DNA of 64,000 nucleotides from Tricharina praecox. Its lineage: Eukaryota. The notes under the pieces are model-generated. The model was not told the DNA's origin and ran no database searches. It saw only the letters and a program-made list of their open reading frames with translations. The stretch covers positions 186,001 to 250,000 of the forward strand of contig NW_026250406.1 of NCBI RefSeq assembly GCF_024521635.1, in the 5' to 3' direction. Below are positions 1 through 12,544 of this stretch, piece by piece; within the stretch, counting starts at the first letter, position 1, and each line of letters starts with the position of its first letter. The translations under genes and the position numbers were made by a program.

Positions 1-861
1 CCACCCGATCCAGTGGGCTGGTCCCATTCAAGCTCTCAGCACGTTCCCGGTCGTTGTGTTTTCCTACACATGTCACCAAAACGTATGTCCTCGATATATC
101 CCTCGTGGGTTCATTCATTGATGGTTACTAGATGTTTGCGATTGTGAACGAGATTGAAGACAACAGCCACAAGTCTACGCTCAGCGTCGTCGTGGGCTCC
201 ATCGGTTCCGCAGCAAGCATCTACGTCCTCGTCGCCATCACGGGCTATCTCTCGTTCGGAGACCACATTGGCGGCAACATCATCGCGCAGTATCCCAGCA
301 CGTTGGCCTCGACCGTCGGCTGCGCAGCCATCGTGATCCTCGTCATGTTCTCGTACCCCTTGCAACTCCATCCCTGCAGAGGAAGTGTTGACAACATCTT
401 GAAATGGCGGCCCCGCCGAGTGCACAGTCCTGCCATCCCCGGCCGCGCCGTCGAGATGAGCGATATCAAGTTTGCGGTCATCAGTACGATCTTAATCGTG
501 GGCACTTACATTACCGCGATGAGTGTTAATAACTTGGAGACTGTTCTGGCTTATGTTGGCAGTACCGGTTCCACCGCGATCAGTTTGTACGTCCACCTTT
601 TTCTTTCCTCCTTAGCAGCATGTACTGATGTCTCGCAGTATCCTCCCAGGCATATTCTACTGGAAGATATCGAGTCCCGACTCCGACAACCGATACCTGC
701 TCAAAGTGCACGACGAAGAGAACGACACCGAAGCGGCCGTGCAGGAGCAGACCTGGGGCCAAAAGATGCTGCGACGCGGCGCGTTGGCCCTCACCTGCTA
801 CGGTGTCTTCGTTATGATCACCTGCCTGAGTCTCAATATATTCTACAGTGCTAAACACTAG
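1..861 (+). CDS. Vacuolar amino acid transporter (Aa_trans/AVT5-7 family), 3' part; truncated by the window edge
   Basis: Spliced frame reads ...FPVVVFSYTCHQN|MFAIVNE...GYLSFG...SYPLQLHPCR...VGSTGSTAISF|ILPGIFY...; introns approx. 83-131 and 588-638 with GT..AG and branch sites; stop at 861. Confidence 0.85.
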
Positions 862-1263
862 AGGTTTTTTTTTTCTATTTGCGTTTTTCGATTTTCGATT
901 TTCCTGTGTTTTTCTGGGGGCGTTTGGAAGAGGCCGGTCAGAGGTGCAATGCTTGATATATTTCTTGTTTTGTAGACTAGATGGATGACGGACGGGGTGT
1001 ATGATAGGTACTAGGTGAACTACTCTAGAATCTGGGTTGGGTGAAGGGGCACTCGCAATAGAGGCAAATTGATCGGATTTCTGCCATGACTGGTCACTGG
1101 AGACATGATTGTGGACCCTGGAACGTGATCAGTGATCGCCGGCAAATAGTGGTACAAGCAGGCCGGCCGATGACGACATATCAATATCCAGCATCTCACC
1201 GGTATGTAGAAGCCCCTCACCTCTCTCACTCCTCTCCCAACAGCACAGACCATCACCGTCGCC

Positions 1264-2610
1264 ATGCCCGCCATTACCGCTTCTGCATTCTCCTCGCATC
1301 CGGTAACCTTCGATTTCTCCTCGCACACCCTAACCGTGACCCCTTCGGGCGGGGACCCCGCAACAACCATCCCGCAATCGCAGCTGATCTGCCTTCTCCC
1401 CACCTCGTGCGCAGACACATACACGCTCGTGCACCACGCCTCGGACTTCGATCTCGTGCGCACACCCATAACCCACCCACCAGCTGCGCTACTATCATAC
1501 CTATTCCTACACCCCCTCCCAGCGCACCTAACGGACTCCGCCGTAACCGTAGTAGTATCCACGCGCTCCGGCGGCGGCCGAGCAGAGGCGTACTGGGACA
1601 GCGTGCTGGCAGAGTTCTTGACGGAGGACCTTAAGATTCCAGCGCGCGTCGTGAAGACGACCGATGCTAGCAATATAGCCGAGGTGGTATCTGCGCTCTC
1701 CGCGCGGGACGGGGACGGGGACGGGGACGGAAACGGGGACGGCAAGAAGAAGAAGAAGAAGCACACGCTGCTCCTCCTATCCGGCGACGGCGGCGTGTAC
1801 GAGGCACTCAACGCCCCGCGCAGCCCGGGCGGCGAGCAAGCGCTAACCCTCGCGCTCCTCCCCTTCGGCACCGGCAACGCTCTCTCATCCTCGTACCACG
1901 CCGCGCGCGGCTACCCACCACTATACGCGCTCCTCCATGGCGCGCCGCGGGCGCTACCGACATATTCCGCACGGTTCTCGGTGGGGGCGCGGTGGGTGCA
2001 CGGCGGAGTGCACGGCGGCGAGGTGCGGGCGGTAAAGGGTGCGGTTGTGGTATCCTGGGGATTCCATGCCTCGCTTGTCGCGGACGCTGAGGAGTTGCGT
2101 GGAGAGGGCGTGGGTGTCGAACGGTTCAGGGACGCGGCGGGGAGGGGGGTCAGGGAGATGCATGGGTATCGGGGGGTGGTGGAGTATAAAACCGCGCTGG
2201 GGCGGGGGGAGGGGGAGTGGGAGACGCTGCAGCTGGAAGGGGATAACGGGGGGAAGGCGCACTTCTACACCCTCGCGACGATGTGCTCGAACCTTGAAGC
2301 GGCGTTTACCGTTTCCCCGCGCAGCACACCCGGGGAGCGCGCGATGCATCTGGTACATTTCGCGACGCTGGATGCGCCCGAGGAGGTGATGCGCATCATG
2401 GAGAAAGCGTATAATGCAGGGAAACATGTCGAGGATCCGAAGGTGCAGTATAGGAAGATTAAGGCGCTGAGGATCACGGTACAGGAAAAGGACGAAAGGT
2501 TTAGGAGGGTTTGTGTTGATGGGGGGATCGTTGTGCTGCCGGAGGGCGGATCGGTGGAGGTGGAGGCGGGGGCGGAGGGAAGGGGTGTGGAGATGGTGTG
2601 GGTTGAATGA
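1264..2610 (+). CDS. Diacylglycerol kinase/sphingosine kinase-like (DAGK_cat) protein
   Basis: 448-aa ORF with STRSGGG, LLSGDGGVYE, LPFGTGNA and C-terminal VCVDG motifs typical of the DAGK/SphK family. Confidence 0.85.
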   Translation: MPAITASAFSSHPVTFDFSSHTLTVTPSGGDPATTIPQSQLICLLPTSCADTYTLVHHASDFDLVRTPITHPPAALLSYLFLHPLPAHLTDSAVTVVVSTRSGGGRAEAYWDSVLAEFLTEDLKIPARVVKTTDASNIAEVVSALSARDGDGDGDGNGDGKKKKKKHTLLLLSGDGGVYEALNAPRSPGGEQALTLALLPFGTGNALSSSYHAARGYPPLYALLHGAPRALPTYSARFSVGARWVHGGVHGGEVRAVKGAVVVSWGFHASLVADAEELRGEGVGVERFRDAAGRGVREMHGYRGVVEYKTALGRGEGEWETLQLEGDNGGKAHFYTLATMCSNLEAAFTVSPRSTPGERAMHLVHFATLDAPEEVMRIMEKAYNAGKHVEDPKVQYRKIKALRITVQEKDERFRRVCVDGGIVVLPEGGSVEVEAGAEGRGVEMVWVE

Positions 2611-2879
2611 TGATATTCGTGGATAGATGGGCAGATGGATAGATGATACCCAGGGAAGAAGGGAGATGAGATCTGTGAATTGCGTTTCAATGTTTTTAGT
2701 TTTATACCAATATACCTACTTGCTTGCTTGATTTGCTACAGATACTCTGGACGGAACCCAAGGAATGATATCAGTAGAGGAAGCTATAGGAAGCTACCTG
2801 CTCGGGTTCGGATGTCATCCCTCATGGATAGCTCGTGGATAGGGAGCATATCACGTATCCAAGTGGCAGCGGCCTTTCA

Positions 2880-3095
2880 GCAGAGGCAGCAGAACTACCA
2901 GAACCAGCAGGGCTATCAGGTCCGGCCGAATCAGCTGGATTATCAGAACCCGCAGGGCTATCAGGTCCGGCCGAATCAGCTGGATTATCAGAGCCCGCAG
3001 TATCAGAACCAGCCGAATTAGAGCTAGGATCTGTAGAACTACCAGAACCAGTCGGTACGTATATCAGATCTATCAGAACCAGCAGTATCAGGGCC
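2880..3095 (+). repeat. Degenerate Q/N-coding tandem repeat (48-bp unit x2 plus decayed copies)
   Basis: Near-perfect duplication of cagggctatcaggtccggccgaatcagctggattatcaga...; recurring cagaactaccagaaccag; reading frame broken by TAG codons. Confidence 0.7.
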
Positions 3096-4229
3096 ACTAT
3101 GAATCCGAGTGCCAGGAGCCAAGGGCATACTACCTACGAAGGATTTCGACAGTCTGGCTCTGGCATCTGCTAGGTAGATATTCCTGACATAGACCCAACA
3201 CCTTCTGATCTGTAGTATCTCCCACCAAAGGACTCGCCGTTTCCCCCTTAAAGGTCGTTTTCACATCTACTACTTCCTCTCTCTACGAGTGACGCACCAT
3301 GACCGCCGCCCCTCGTCCCGCCCCTCGTCCCGCCGAGTTGCCGCCACAGGGGGTGCGGCTGGGGGGCGCGCGGCAGGTGACGACTCTCTCGCGCGGCTAC
3401 TCCCAGGCCCCCAGCGAATACCAATGGGCGTTCGCCTCGCCATCTTTGCCGTCAAAAACGGTTTCCCACCACCCAAATAAACTCCCACATAGACTCCTGG
3501 AGTAGACCAGAGTCGAGAGGCCAGACACGAGCAGTCGCAGCAGCCGCTTCCCCACTCCCCAGAGTCCCAGACCTAACCACCCGTCGGTCAGTCAGTGAGC
3601 ATCCAGGCACCCCCACGGGCCTAACTATGTACCCCCAATGTGAGCTTCTAATAATAGCCGCGAGCAGATCTGGTCTGGACAGTGGACAGTGGATCAATGT
3701 TGCCTTGTCGAGAGTGCTTCCTTCCTTCCAAGTGCCTTCCTTCCCTTCCAGCCTGTTCGGTAGGCCCCCCGGTGGGATCTGACAGGGAGGAAGGGACTCG
3801 GCAGGGAGGGAGGGACTCGGCAGGGAGAAAGGGAGGGAGGGAAAGAGAGGGAAGGAAGGGAAAGGGAAGGAGGGAAAGGGAAAGGGCAGGTTTCTTCCTC
3901 GTTAACGGTTCTTTGAAGGAAAGGAGCTACGGTATCTATGATAGGTAGGATGGAAGAAGGACGCTGCTCTGCACATCACGTCGACTTCCTCCGTTCCTGA
4001 TATCTACTCTAGGACGCGATAGGATGCGATAGATGCGATAGATGCGATGGACGCGATGGACGGATGCGCGTCGGTACCGTGCCTTTCTTGTCTCCCCACG
4101 GCCGTATGTGGGTTGGGTAGTGCAGTGTGCCTACCGTAGTGTGCTTCACCTTGCTGCGGGCTGTGGGCAGCGGATGGCGGTGCGATTGCCTACATAAGTG
4201 CCGGTATGTATAGGCTCCAGATGCCCAAG

Positions 4230-4363
4230 TAACTTCCTCAGTGACCGAGTTGCCCAGAAGTAAGCATCTACATAACTTCCTCAGTGACCGAGTTGCCCAG
4301 AAGTAAGCATCTACATAACTTCCTCAGTGACCGAGTTGCCCAGAAGTAAGCATCTACATAACT
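4230..4363. repeat. Perfect 43-bp tandem repeat, 3 copies
   Basis: taacttcctcagtgaccgagttgcccagaagtaagcatctaca at 4230, 4273 and 4316. Confidence 0.95.
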
Positions 4364-5412
4364 ACTCGCTCTGGCTTTACTTTACTCGAGATACCGGTAT
4401 ATACTCTATTCTACTACGCCCTTCGTCTGCGTGGCCGACAGGTGGACACTCTCGGGGCGCTTCTTCTCTTCTCTTCTCCTGGGAACGGGGAATTCGACGG
4501 TCCCGCCTGCCTGCCTGCTGTTCTGGAGAGCAAATGAAACCATCCCTGAACGCGAAGCTGATTTGTGCACCACACAGTGCACACACACCAGCAACAACCT
4601 AGCGAATATTCCTAATTGCCCATCGGGAAGGGGAAAATGAGGAGAACGCAGGCGGAAAGAAAAGAAAGCGAAGGGAAGGGAAGCGGAAAGGATGTGGAAA
4701 GGATGCCCACAGAATAATTTAGTATGTATAGTGTCCATAGTAAAGTAAAGTGCAGTGCTCCATGGCGAAATAGATGAAAGCCTTCTCGAACAAAACCGCC
4801 AGATCTCCCCCTCTTGCCCCCCAAGAGGCCCTTCCCCCTCCCCTCCCCCATCCCATTGCATTGCTGCCCCATAGTTCCCGAGACCACACATATCCACCGG
4901 AGTTAACTATAGTTAGTACTCTAACCGTCGTTGTCGTTGTCGTCGTTCTTGAAGCTCCCGATTTTCGAAGCACCGGCCGAGTCGAATAGTACGAATAATA
5001 CGTACACTCGACCTATGCACCGAGCTGCGCCTGGTTCCACTCGGGCTGTCATCCCTGCGACCTAATTACTCTGCTCGTCCACACCCAGCACCACCACCTC
5101 CCACCACCCACCACCCCCGTCCGTCAGTCAAGTAGTCGCTCGCTGCCTTCTCGTCTCTCTCCGCACCCTTCGGTCGTCGTCGTCGCCTCGTCCCTCTCGC
5201 TTTTCACCACCTCCTCCGTCGCCTCCGCCCTCGCCTCCGCCTTCGCTTTCGCCTTCGCGTTCCGTTCCTTTCGCTCGCCCAACACCAGCACCACCATCAC
5301 CGCCGCCAAAACCCGCAAGCCGAACACTCCTTTACTCTCAGGGGGTGCAGAGTAGTACGATCGCCCATCCACCCACCCGCCCGACGCCCGCCGAAGAGAT
5401 CGAAAGAAACAA

Positions 5413-6600
5413 ATGCACGGCCAAGATCCGTCCATGCTGCGGGGCAGCAGTAGGCCCTACGGCTCCTCGGGCGGCTTCGACTTTGGGAATATCATCGGAG
5501 AGCCCATCGCCCTGGCCACTATCTCGATAGGATTCGTGAGGCCCCCCCCCCTCCCTCTTTTCGACAGACCGACCGAGCGATGGCTCCGTGTGTGTGGTGT
5601 GGGAGTGTGGGAGTGGATGCGCACGGCACTCTGCGCGCCCCCTTCGCCTGCGGCAGGCGGACAGGCGGCGGGGGATCGGTGTCGGAAATAATATCGAGTA
5701 GTAACACAGCTAACGGATCAACAGATAGCATGGTTAATAGCGTTCGTATCCCAGGTCCTTGCCGATATGGACGTCAACATCCGGGACTACCCAAAGTTCG
5801 CGTGGTGGACAATCACGTACGAGCTGGTGTGCATAATGTCGGTGACCATCGTGGTCTGTCTCGACATGGTACACAAATACCATGTTGCGGTATGTACTCA
5901 CTTGTGCATTGGAATTGGAGGGGGTAGTTTCTGATATGGTGGTCGTCGGTAGATTGTGGGTTCGCTCGCCGCCGGTTTGGTGTTTACTTGCTCCGCCGCC
6001 AATAACTTCATCTACTCCGACAAGGCTACCATGGAGGCCGCAGGTGCTGGTCACATTCTGCTATCCATCATCCACGTTCGATTCTCTCCACCTCCCCCGC
6101 TCTCCCGCTCCGTCTAATCTTCGCAGATAATCTGGATCTTCTACTTCGGCTCCGTAACCCCCGATCTCTCGCACAGCTACCACGACAGCTTCGCGCTGCA
6201 CAAAGACAGCAAAACCTCGGGGCACCTCTCGCCCTACCACGCCGGCGCCAGCCGCCCGCACACCAGCACCTCCTCCAGCCACCCACCGCAGATGTACACG
6301 TCGGCGCAGCTCAACGGCTTCGAGACGTCGTCGCCAGTGTCGGGGCAATACCGGGCGTCCTCGGCCGCCGCCGCCGCCTCCGCCGCACCAGCCGATGCCG
6401 AGCCCTCGCCGCCAACGGAGTACAACCACCGCGCAAAGGCCATCTACGCGTACGATGCAAACCCCGAGGACGTCAATGAGATCTCGTTCGCTAAGAATGA
6501 AATCCTTGACGTGAGCGATGTCAGCGGCCGCTGGTGGCAGGCCAGGAAGCAGAATGGTGAGACGGGCATTGCGCCGTCGAATTATCTCATCCTGTTATAG
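5413..6600 (+). CDS. SHO1: High-osmolarity signalling sensor Sho1 (4 TM + SH3), 4 exons
   Basis: N-terminal [58 protein letters not shown] and C-terminal SH3 ([34 protein letters not shown]); three GT-AG introns. Confidence 0.95.
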
Positions 6601-7692
6601 GCATAGCATGACCACTTGTTGTTGTGCAGTGTCAAATGTTGTTGCTGTTGTCCTTGTCGTTTTTCGGGCGTTCCCATTTCTTCTTCTCTTTTCTTTTCTT
6701 TTCTTGCCTTTCTTGCCTTTACTTCTGACTTCTCACCCTCGTTGATTGATTGCTCTATCTACTCTATATCTCTACTATACCCAATCCACTTATGATGAGA
6801 AAGACGATCCCCCCCCCCCCAAATATTCCCCCACCCCCTTATTTTTCGCTTCTTGGCGTGGGCTGTGCCCATTATTTATCTTTGATCTTGACCTGTTTTT
6901 TTTTGGTTTATATTGTGTCTTTTTTTTTGGCTTTGGCACTGTATGTCTGCGGCTCGGTTCGGGATGGAGTATGTAGGTGGTAGATTGATGGGTGAACAGG
7001 ATCAGGATGTAGCGGAGTTTTGGATGTTAAGGGCGAGAAATGGCGAATGGCAGGTGGCAATGGCAAAGTCACAAATCAAAACGGAAGCGGAGGGGGAATG
7101 GCAATGGCAACCCAACAGGAGCGAATGGAATGGAATGGGGCATTGGCGAAGCAAGACAAGATTCAAGCAAGACGAAGCCGTCGAGTGACGAGTGACGAGT
7201 GACGAGTGATGAGTTGTGAGTTGTGAATTGTGATTGTGATTGATATATCTCCAACCTGGAGAAGCAAAAAGCCTTCATAGCAAAAGAGAAAAAGTCTACC
7301 ACATCCAACTAACCATACCGGAAAAGAAAAGACATCAACCGAAAAGCAAAAAGGTAAGTGTATAAAAAGCTACCGTATCGCAAGCAAGCAAGCAAAGCAA
7401 GCCAGGTAATTAACACAAAATCTTGAATCGAATCAGAATCAGAATCAGAAGAAGAAGAGAGTAGAGCAGAGCAACGGCACACACGGCATCCCCATCCCCC
7501 CTCCATCCTCCCACGGCACGTCCAGAGTAAGTAGAAAAAACCAAAGATATAGAAAAAACCATCCATCCATCCATCAACTTCAACGAAACCGTCCATCATC
7601 TCATCGCATCGGCACTCCTGCACATCACATCACATCACATCCCATCTCTCCACCCCGGATCCCCCGAGCGCACGCATGCAGCAACGTGCACA

Positions 7693-9151
7693 TCACCGTT
7701 TCTTCAGCTCCTCCAGCTCATCATCAAGCTCGTCCTCATCCTCACTGCGAGTATCATCCGCGCCAATGCCACGGACGACTCTCCACGCGATACGGAGGAT
7801 CATGTAGAGCCAGAGCAGGGTGATGACCTGGAGGAAGACGAGGAGGGCAAGGAACGTGCGCTGCACGGGCAGCGTGTAGCAGATCTCCTCCGACTGGAAC
7901 GTGATTGATTTCCAGATCGTTTCGAGATCTGCTTCGCGCCCTGGGATCAGCTCGCCCGACGTCGAGTAGCACCCCGGCTCGATGATCGCGATCGAATCCT
8001 TCCACACTGAGTGCGTGATCCAGTTGTACAGCCCGTGCCGCCCGACGATCCATGCGACCAGGAAGATGCCGAATGCGTAGTCGCAGATCGTGCTGTAGCC
8101 AAGGTATTTGAGCAGTTTGGCGGCCTGCGAGAGGAGTCAGCTACGGATATAATATGCCTAATGTGTGGGAGTGCGTACCGAGAGCAGGATGTCAATCACA
8201 TCCATGATGCACAGGATTACATGTCCGACTCTGGTCAAGTGGTGTGTGTAACTTGCAGCGATCAACGAGCACGTAATGATGTGATGGGCAAACATCTGAT
8301 AGTGATCCTTTCTTCGCTCTTCGATGTTGAGAACAAAAATCTGCTGCAGCCAAAAAGCAAACTGTGCCAAATAGTACCACTTGAACAGGCCCGAGAGCTC
8401 TTTCAGCGGCCAGCCGGTCCACAGCTCCTGCATGTTGAGCCAGTACGGACTGTTGTACAATAGGTACTAGCGTGCCGACAATCGATCAGTTTCATGCCGA
8501 GCAGATATATGCAGGGCGCATGTGTCCGGGAGCTCGGGACTTACCATTCCCACACCCCAAAATGAGCCGTAGTAAACCACCAGCCATGCCTGTTCCGAAA
8601 ACCGGACCACACCCTTACGTGTAGTGATGCCGCCCATTCTCGCCAGCGGCACAAACACGTAGTCCAGCACGGTCGATCGCAGGAACGTGAACAGCACAAT
8701 CCAGAAGAATACCAAGTACAGGTCGTCGAGTCCTTTGCCATACATTCCGGTTTCCGGCTTGTAGTACGAGATCGCGTAAAACTTTCGAAGCATCGGTCGT
8801 AGGTGCGGGAATAACGCGTGTGCTGCTCCGAGCATCGCCATCAAAACCACCGACATGCCTGGAAAAACAAACGCGCGTTAGTTGCTGTAGGAGCGTGCGG
8901 GAATGGTGTAGCATACGTATTTGGTTCCGCTCGAGCAGGGCTGTCGTGTCATCGACCCAGGTGCGGGCAGCACGTTCCCGGGGAGCTTTTCGTTTCTGTC
9001 GCGGCGCCAGAGTGGCATCGGTCACCGAGGGTTTCCGTCTCGACTTCCTCCGGATTTCCGCTGTGCCGCCATTGTTGGTGGATGCCAGTGCAGCGGAGAC
9101 TGCGGCATCGCCGTTCGATAACCGGCTGTTCTGTGGGATAGGGGTATGCAT
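7693..9151 (-). CDS. LAG1: Ceramide synthase (sphingosine N-acyltransferase, Lag1/TLC domain), approx. 4 exons
   Basis: Lag1p motif RRKDHYQMFAHHIIT..L...SY...; GLDDLYLVFFW, RFSEQAW and C-terminal ADDTRSEDE; introns join the ORF segments. Confidence 0.9.
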
Positions 9152-11427
9152 CTAATCGATCCTCTCTCGCTCTTCACCTTCGCTCGAACACGATGTCGCT
9201 GTAATTCCTTTCCCTGACGACGACGGAATGTTAGAGATCAGCCAACCTCAGACAGACATGAATTTGGGGGGTGGTGGTAAGCACACACACAAAACACACC
9301 TTGTGGTCTCACAATCCCGCGGGCAACAGAGATATCGGGGCTTCGTTTATGTTTGGGCTGTGTTCCCTGCTTGCTGACGGTGCAATTGCACTGCACGTTG
9401 TTGTAGTCTGTCTTCTGCGGATCTTTCGGTAGAGCCACCTCTGTTTCTCGCGAATGCCACGGGCCCCTTTAACTCGAGCCGACTCGCTGTTGACCGCACA
9501 GTAATAATTTAGTTCGTGATACTGTCGCGCGTGTCGCTGCTAAGGTGTGAATTTGAAGGGAAGGCGCGGGAGAGGTTCTGGTTTGCTGGAGAAAGGAGGG
9601 ATAGCAAGCAGCAGCAGCTTCCGTGTCGGAGAGGTGAAGAGGTATCGATGATTGATGGGGAGGGAGAAGGAGGGGGGGAAGTGTATATTTGTTTGAGAGG
9701 GGGGGAGGAAGGGAGGGAGGAAGGGAGGGGGTAGTTGGGTGTTGGGAGGGCTGAGAGAAAGCGACGGTGTCGGGAAAGTCTTGAGTGGTCCAGTCCGCCA
9801 GTCTGTCTGTGTGGCCCGTCCGGGGGGGAGGAGTTTCGCCAAGGTCGGACAGGGACCACTCGCCACACTTGTCCCCACTCAACCGCACACGAGCCATAAA
9901 AAGAGGAGACGCAAGGAAGTGTTCAGAACGGGGCCTTTGGGGTTGCTACTCGGAGACGGGGCCAGAAAAGACGCGGTCAGCGGATTGTGTACCAGTACCT
10001 GAAATTGAGTAGATACCAGCATACGCTACGTGCTCTCCACATGGAGGACACGGGCAAACGGGCACGGGCACGGGTACACGCCCGGGCCCGGGCACAGGCA
10101 CACGGGCACTCGGACGCATGTACGCCCGAGTCCCCGGGAGTCCTCGTCCTCGCCACGTCCTCGCCACGGGTTGCCTACCGAGCATCATGCGAGTGGCTGA
10201 AACCACTGGCTGGCGAGCCTCACCCATCACCACGGCCTCCGCACAGCGCGCCAATAACCACTTACATAACTAATATGGGCACATCGGATGGACCTGCGGA
10301 GATGCCTTCTCCTTCGGTTATGCTTAAATTGCGAAATAGCTTATTTCCTCTCCGCGCTAGGTACTTTGTAGCTTCAGGGCGGATCCGTCACTGGCTCCAG
10401 AGTTTAGAGACGTGGGATGTAGGAGTGAAAAATTCAGTTGAGTTCTCTACGATTGCCGGTACCTGGTACACAGCAGTGGCACGGTAGACACATGCCTCTG
10501 GTGAGAACCAGATCCAGAATGCAATCGATCGCTCGGCCAAACAGACGTCCCCTCCCCTCCCCCATTCCCCATTCTTCAGCGCAGGCAGGTTGCATACCGT
10601 GACATCTCACGCCCTACCCTCGCGACGGCGGGCATGGACCTCGCCTCGGAATCCCTCTCACGGGCCCTATCTACCTAGGGCACACACAAAAGAAGGTTAT
10701 CCGCGACCCTTTTCCCCCGCGGCCCTTTTTCCCTCGCACGGCCACGTCCAGTCCAGAAGGCTGGTGCCTGGGCGGCGGAAATGCCCCTTAAACAGCATCT
10801 CTTCACCGCCACCAGGGCAGGCACGTGCTGTTGTGGTTGTACTGTTGTTTAGCGAGTAAGGGGGAGGGAGGGGGTTAGCCATACCGGCTGCCGCGATTGG
10901 TTGATACGGTATGTAGGAATGTGGAAGGGGTAGGTACATGGGAAGGTACTCGGGAGGCGTAACTGTGACCCACCCACCGCTGTGGATCGTGGAATTGATA
11001 TTGATACCGAGGTATTCAATACTGCTTTGCCGATTGATGTGACGGTACCGCGGGAGTGGGCGTTTCGGAAACACAATCGGTACGTTACCTGGTACGTGGT
11101 TGGGAGCAGATAAAAACAAGCAATGAGGCCCATTGTTTCAGTTGAGAGTGAGTTTTGATGATCACTGCAGTGTTCGTGTTGGAAGTTGACGACGCTCTAT
11201 AGCTGGTAGCTCTACCTATTGACGGATACTGAATGAAAGCACCAGCTTCCATTCAATACTTCCCACTTCCCATCCGTTCTTTCAACATCACGCACTCTCA
11301 CTCCCCTCTCGCACGTGCTGATCCGGGGTGGAGGTGCCACGGCAACCTCCGCCACCTCACCAGCGCCCGCAGGCCGCAGGTCGCATCAACGCGCTCACCT
11401 CAGGCCGTCACCATCCCGCGCGCCAGT

Positions 11428-12300
11428 ATGGTCTCGCTCCTCAGCAACCCTCTCGCGACAGCCGAGCAGCTCTCCTCGAGCCCCAGCCAAGCCGATGGCC
11501 TGCCGGCCTCTCTCGAAGTAACCCTCCGCTGGGCAGGCCTCACGCTCCTCCAGAGCGCCGGGCTGCTGCTGCGCCTGTACGCTCCCCTCCCCCGCGCCCA
11601 CGCATTCACCTCTAACTTGCGCAGCCCACAGCCCGCCATCGCGACCGCCCAGCTCCTCTACCAGCGCTTCTTCCTGCTGCGCTCATTCCGGACCTTCTCG
11701 GTCCTCAGCGGTTCACAAGCCTCCCTCTTCCTCGCGAGCAAGCTCTCGGAAGTCCCCGTGGCTCCACGCAGCATCATCAACGTGACGACGTACCTTCTTT
11801 CCACCACCTCACCGTCGCCGATATCCCCGCTGGCCACCACGACCTCCTCCTACGTATCCGAGCACGCCTACCACCTGCAGCGCACGCGGCTTCTTGCAGC
11901 CGAGACGGAGTTGCTAAAAGCCGTCGGCTACGATACGCACGCGGCCCTGCCGTACGCCCTCGCGGTCAACTACGCGCAGGCCCTGGATTGTCTGCAAAAA
12001 AGCCTGCTGCAAAGGGCATTCGCCTACCTGTCCGATGTCATGTTCAGCCCGAGCTGTGTGTATCTCACGCATCAGCCGAATGCGCTTGCGGCGGCTGCGC
12101 TGTATCTGGCGGCTAGGGATGAGGCAGTGAAGTTGCCGGAGTGCTGGTGGGAGGTGTTTGATGTCGAGAGAGAGGATTTGGGGTTTTTGGTCGCCGGGAT
12201 GGGCGGCGTGGAGGGGTTTGTGAAAGAGCAGAGGGAGCGGTGGAGGGAGTTGGGCGGCGTGTGGGAGCTGGAGCAGGTCGAGGAGCTGTTGAGGAGGTGA
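11428..12300 (+). CDS. Cyclin L-like cyclin (transcription/splicing cyclin), one 48-nt intron at 11577-11624
   Basis: LSNPLATAEQLSSSPSQADG start, AGLLLRL|PQPAIATAQLLYQRFF, SLFLASKLSEVP, E.ELLKAVGYD, WWEVFDVEREDLG; typical fungal cyclin-L pattern. Confidence 0.8.
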   Translation: MVSLLSNPLATAEQLSSSPSQADGLPASLEVTLRWAGLTLLQSAGLLLRLYAPLPRAHAFTSNLRSPQPAIATAQLLYQRFFLLRSFRTFSVLSGSQASLFLASKLSEVPVAPRSIINVTTYLLSTTSPSPISPLATTTSSYVSEHAYHLQRTRLLAAETELLKAVGYDTHAALPYALAVNYAQALDCLQKSLLQRAFAYLSDVMFSPSCVYLTHQPNALAAAALYLAARDEAVKLPECWWEVFDVEREDLGFLVAGMGGVEGFVKEQRERWRELGGVWELEQVEELLRR

Positions 12301-12544
12301 TATTGTTTACCACGACTGTGCGATAATGTATGTAGAAGCGCTGCGAGCGCGAGCTCACTGGCAAAAACAACTCCTCTGTACCCCGTAGCCCGTAGGCTGT
12401 GAGTATATACACAATCTACGATTCGCGAGGTCACTCGTGCACTAAACCCGTCTCGCGTATCTCCTCCAACCCACCCCACCTCTCCACGCACCCCACGCAC
12501 CCCACCACCACCACCAGCAACCCAGCTCTAACCCCGTCACCACG

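Noticed and set aside
4230..4363. Possible CRISPR-like array
   Set aside because: Repeats are contiguous with no spacers, there are no cas genes, and the context is eukaryotic.
1264..9151. Sphingolipid gene cluster (DAGK/SphK-like, SHO1, LAG1)
   Set aside because: Kinase specificity is unknown and the spacing is loose; there is no evidence beyond proximity.
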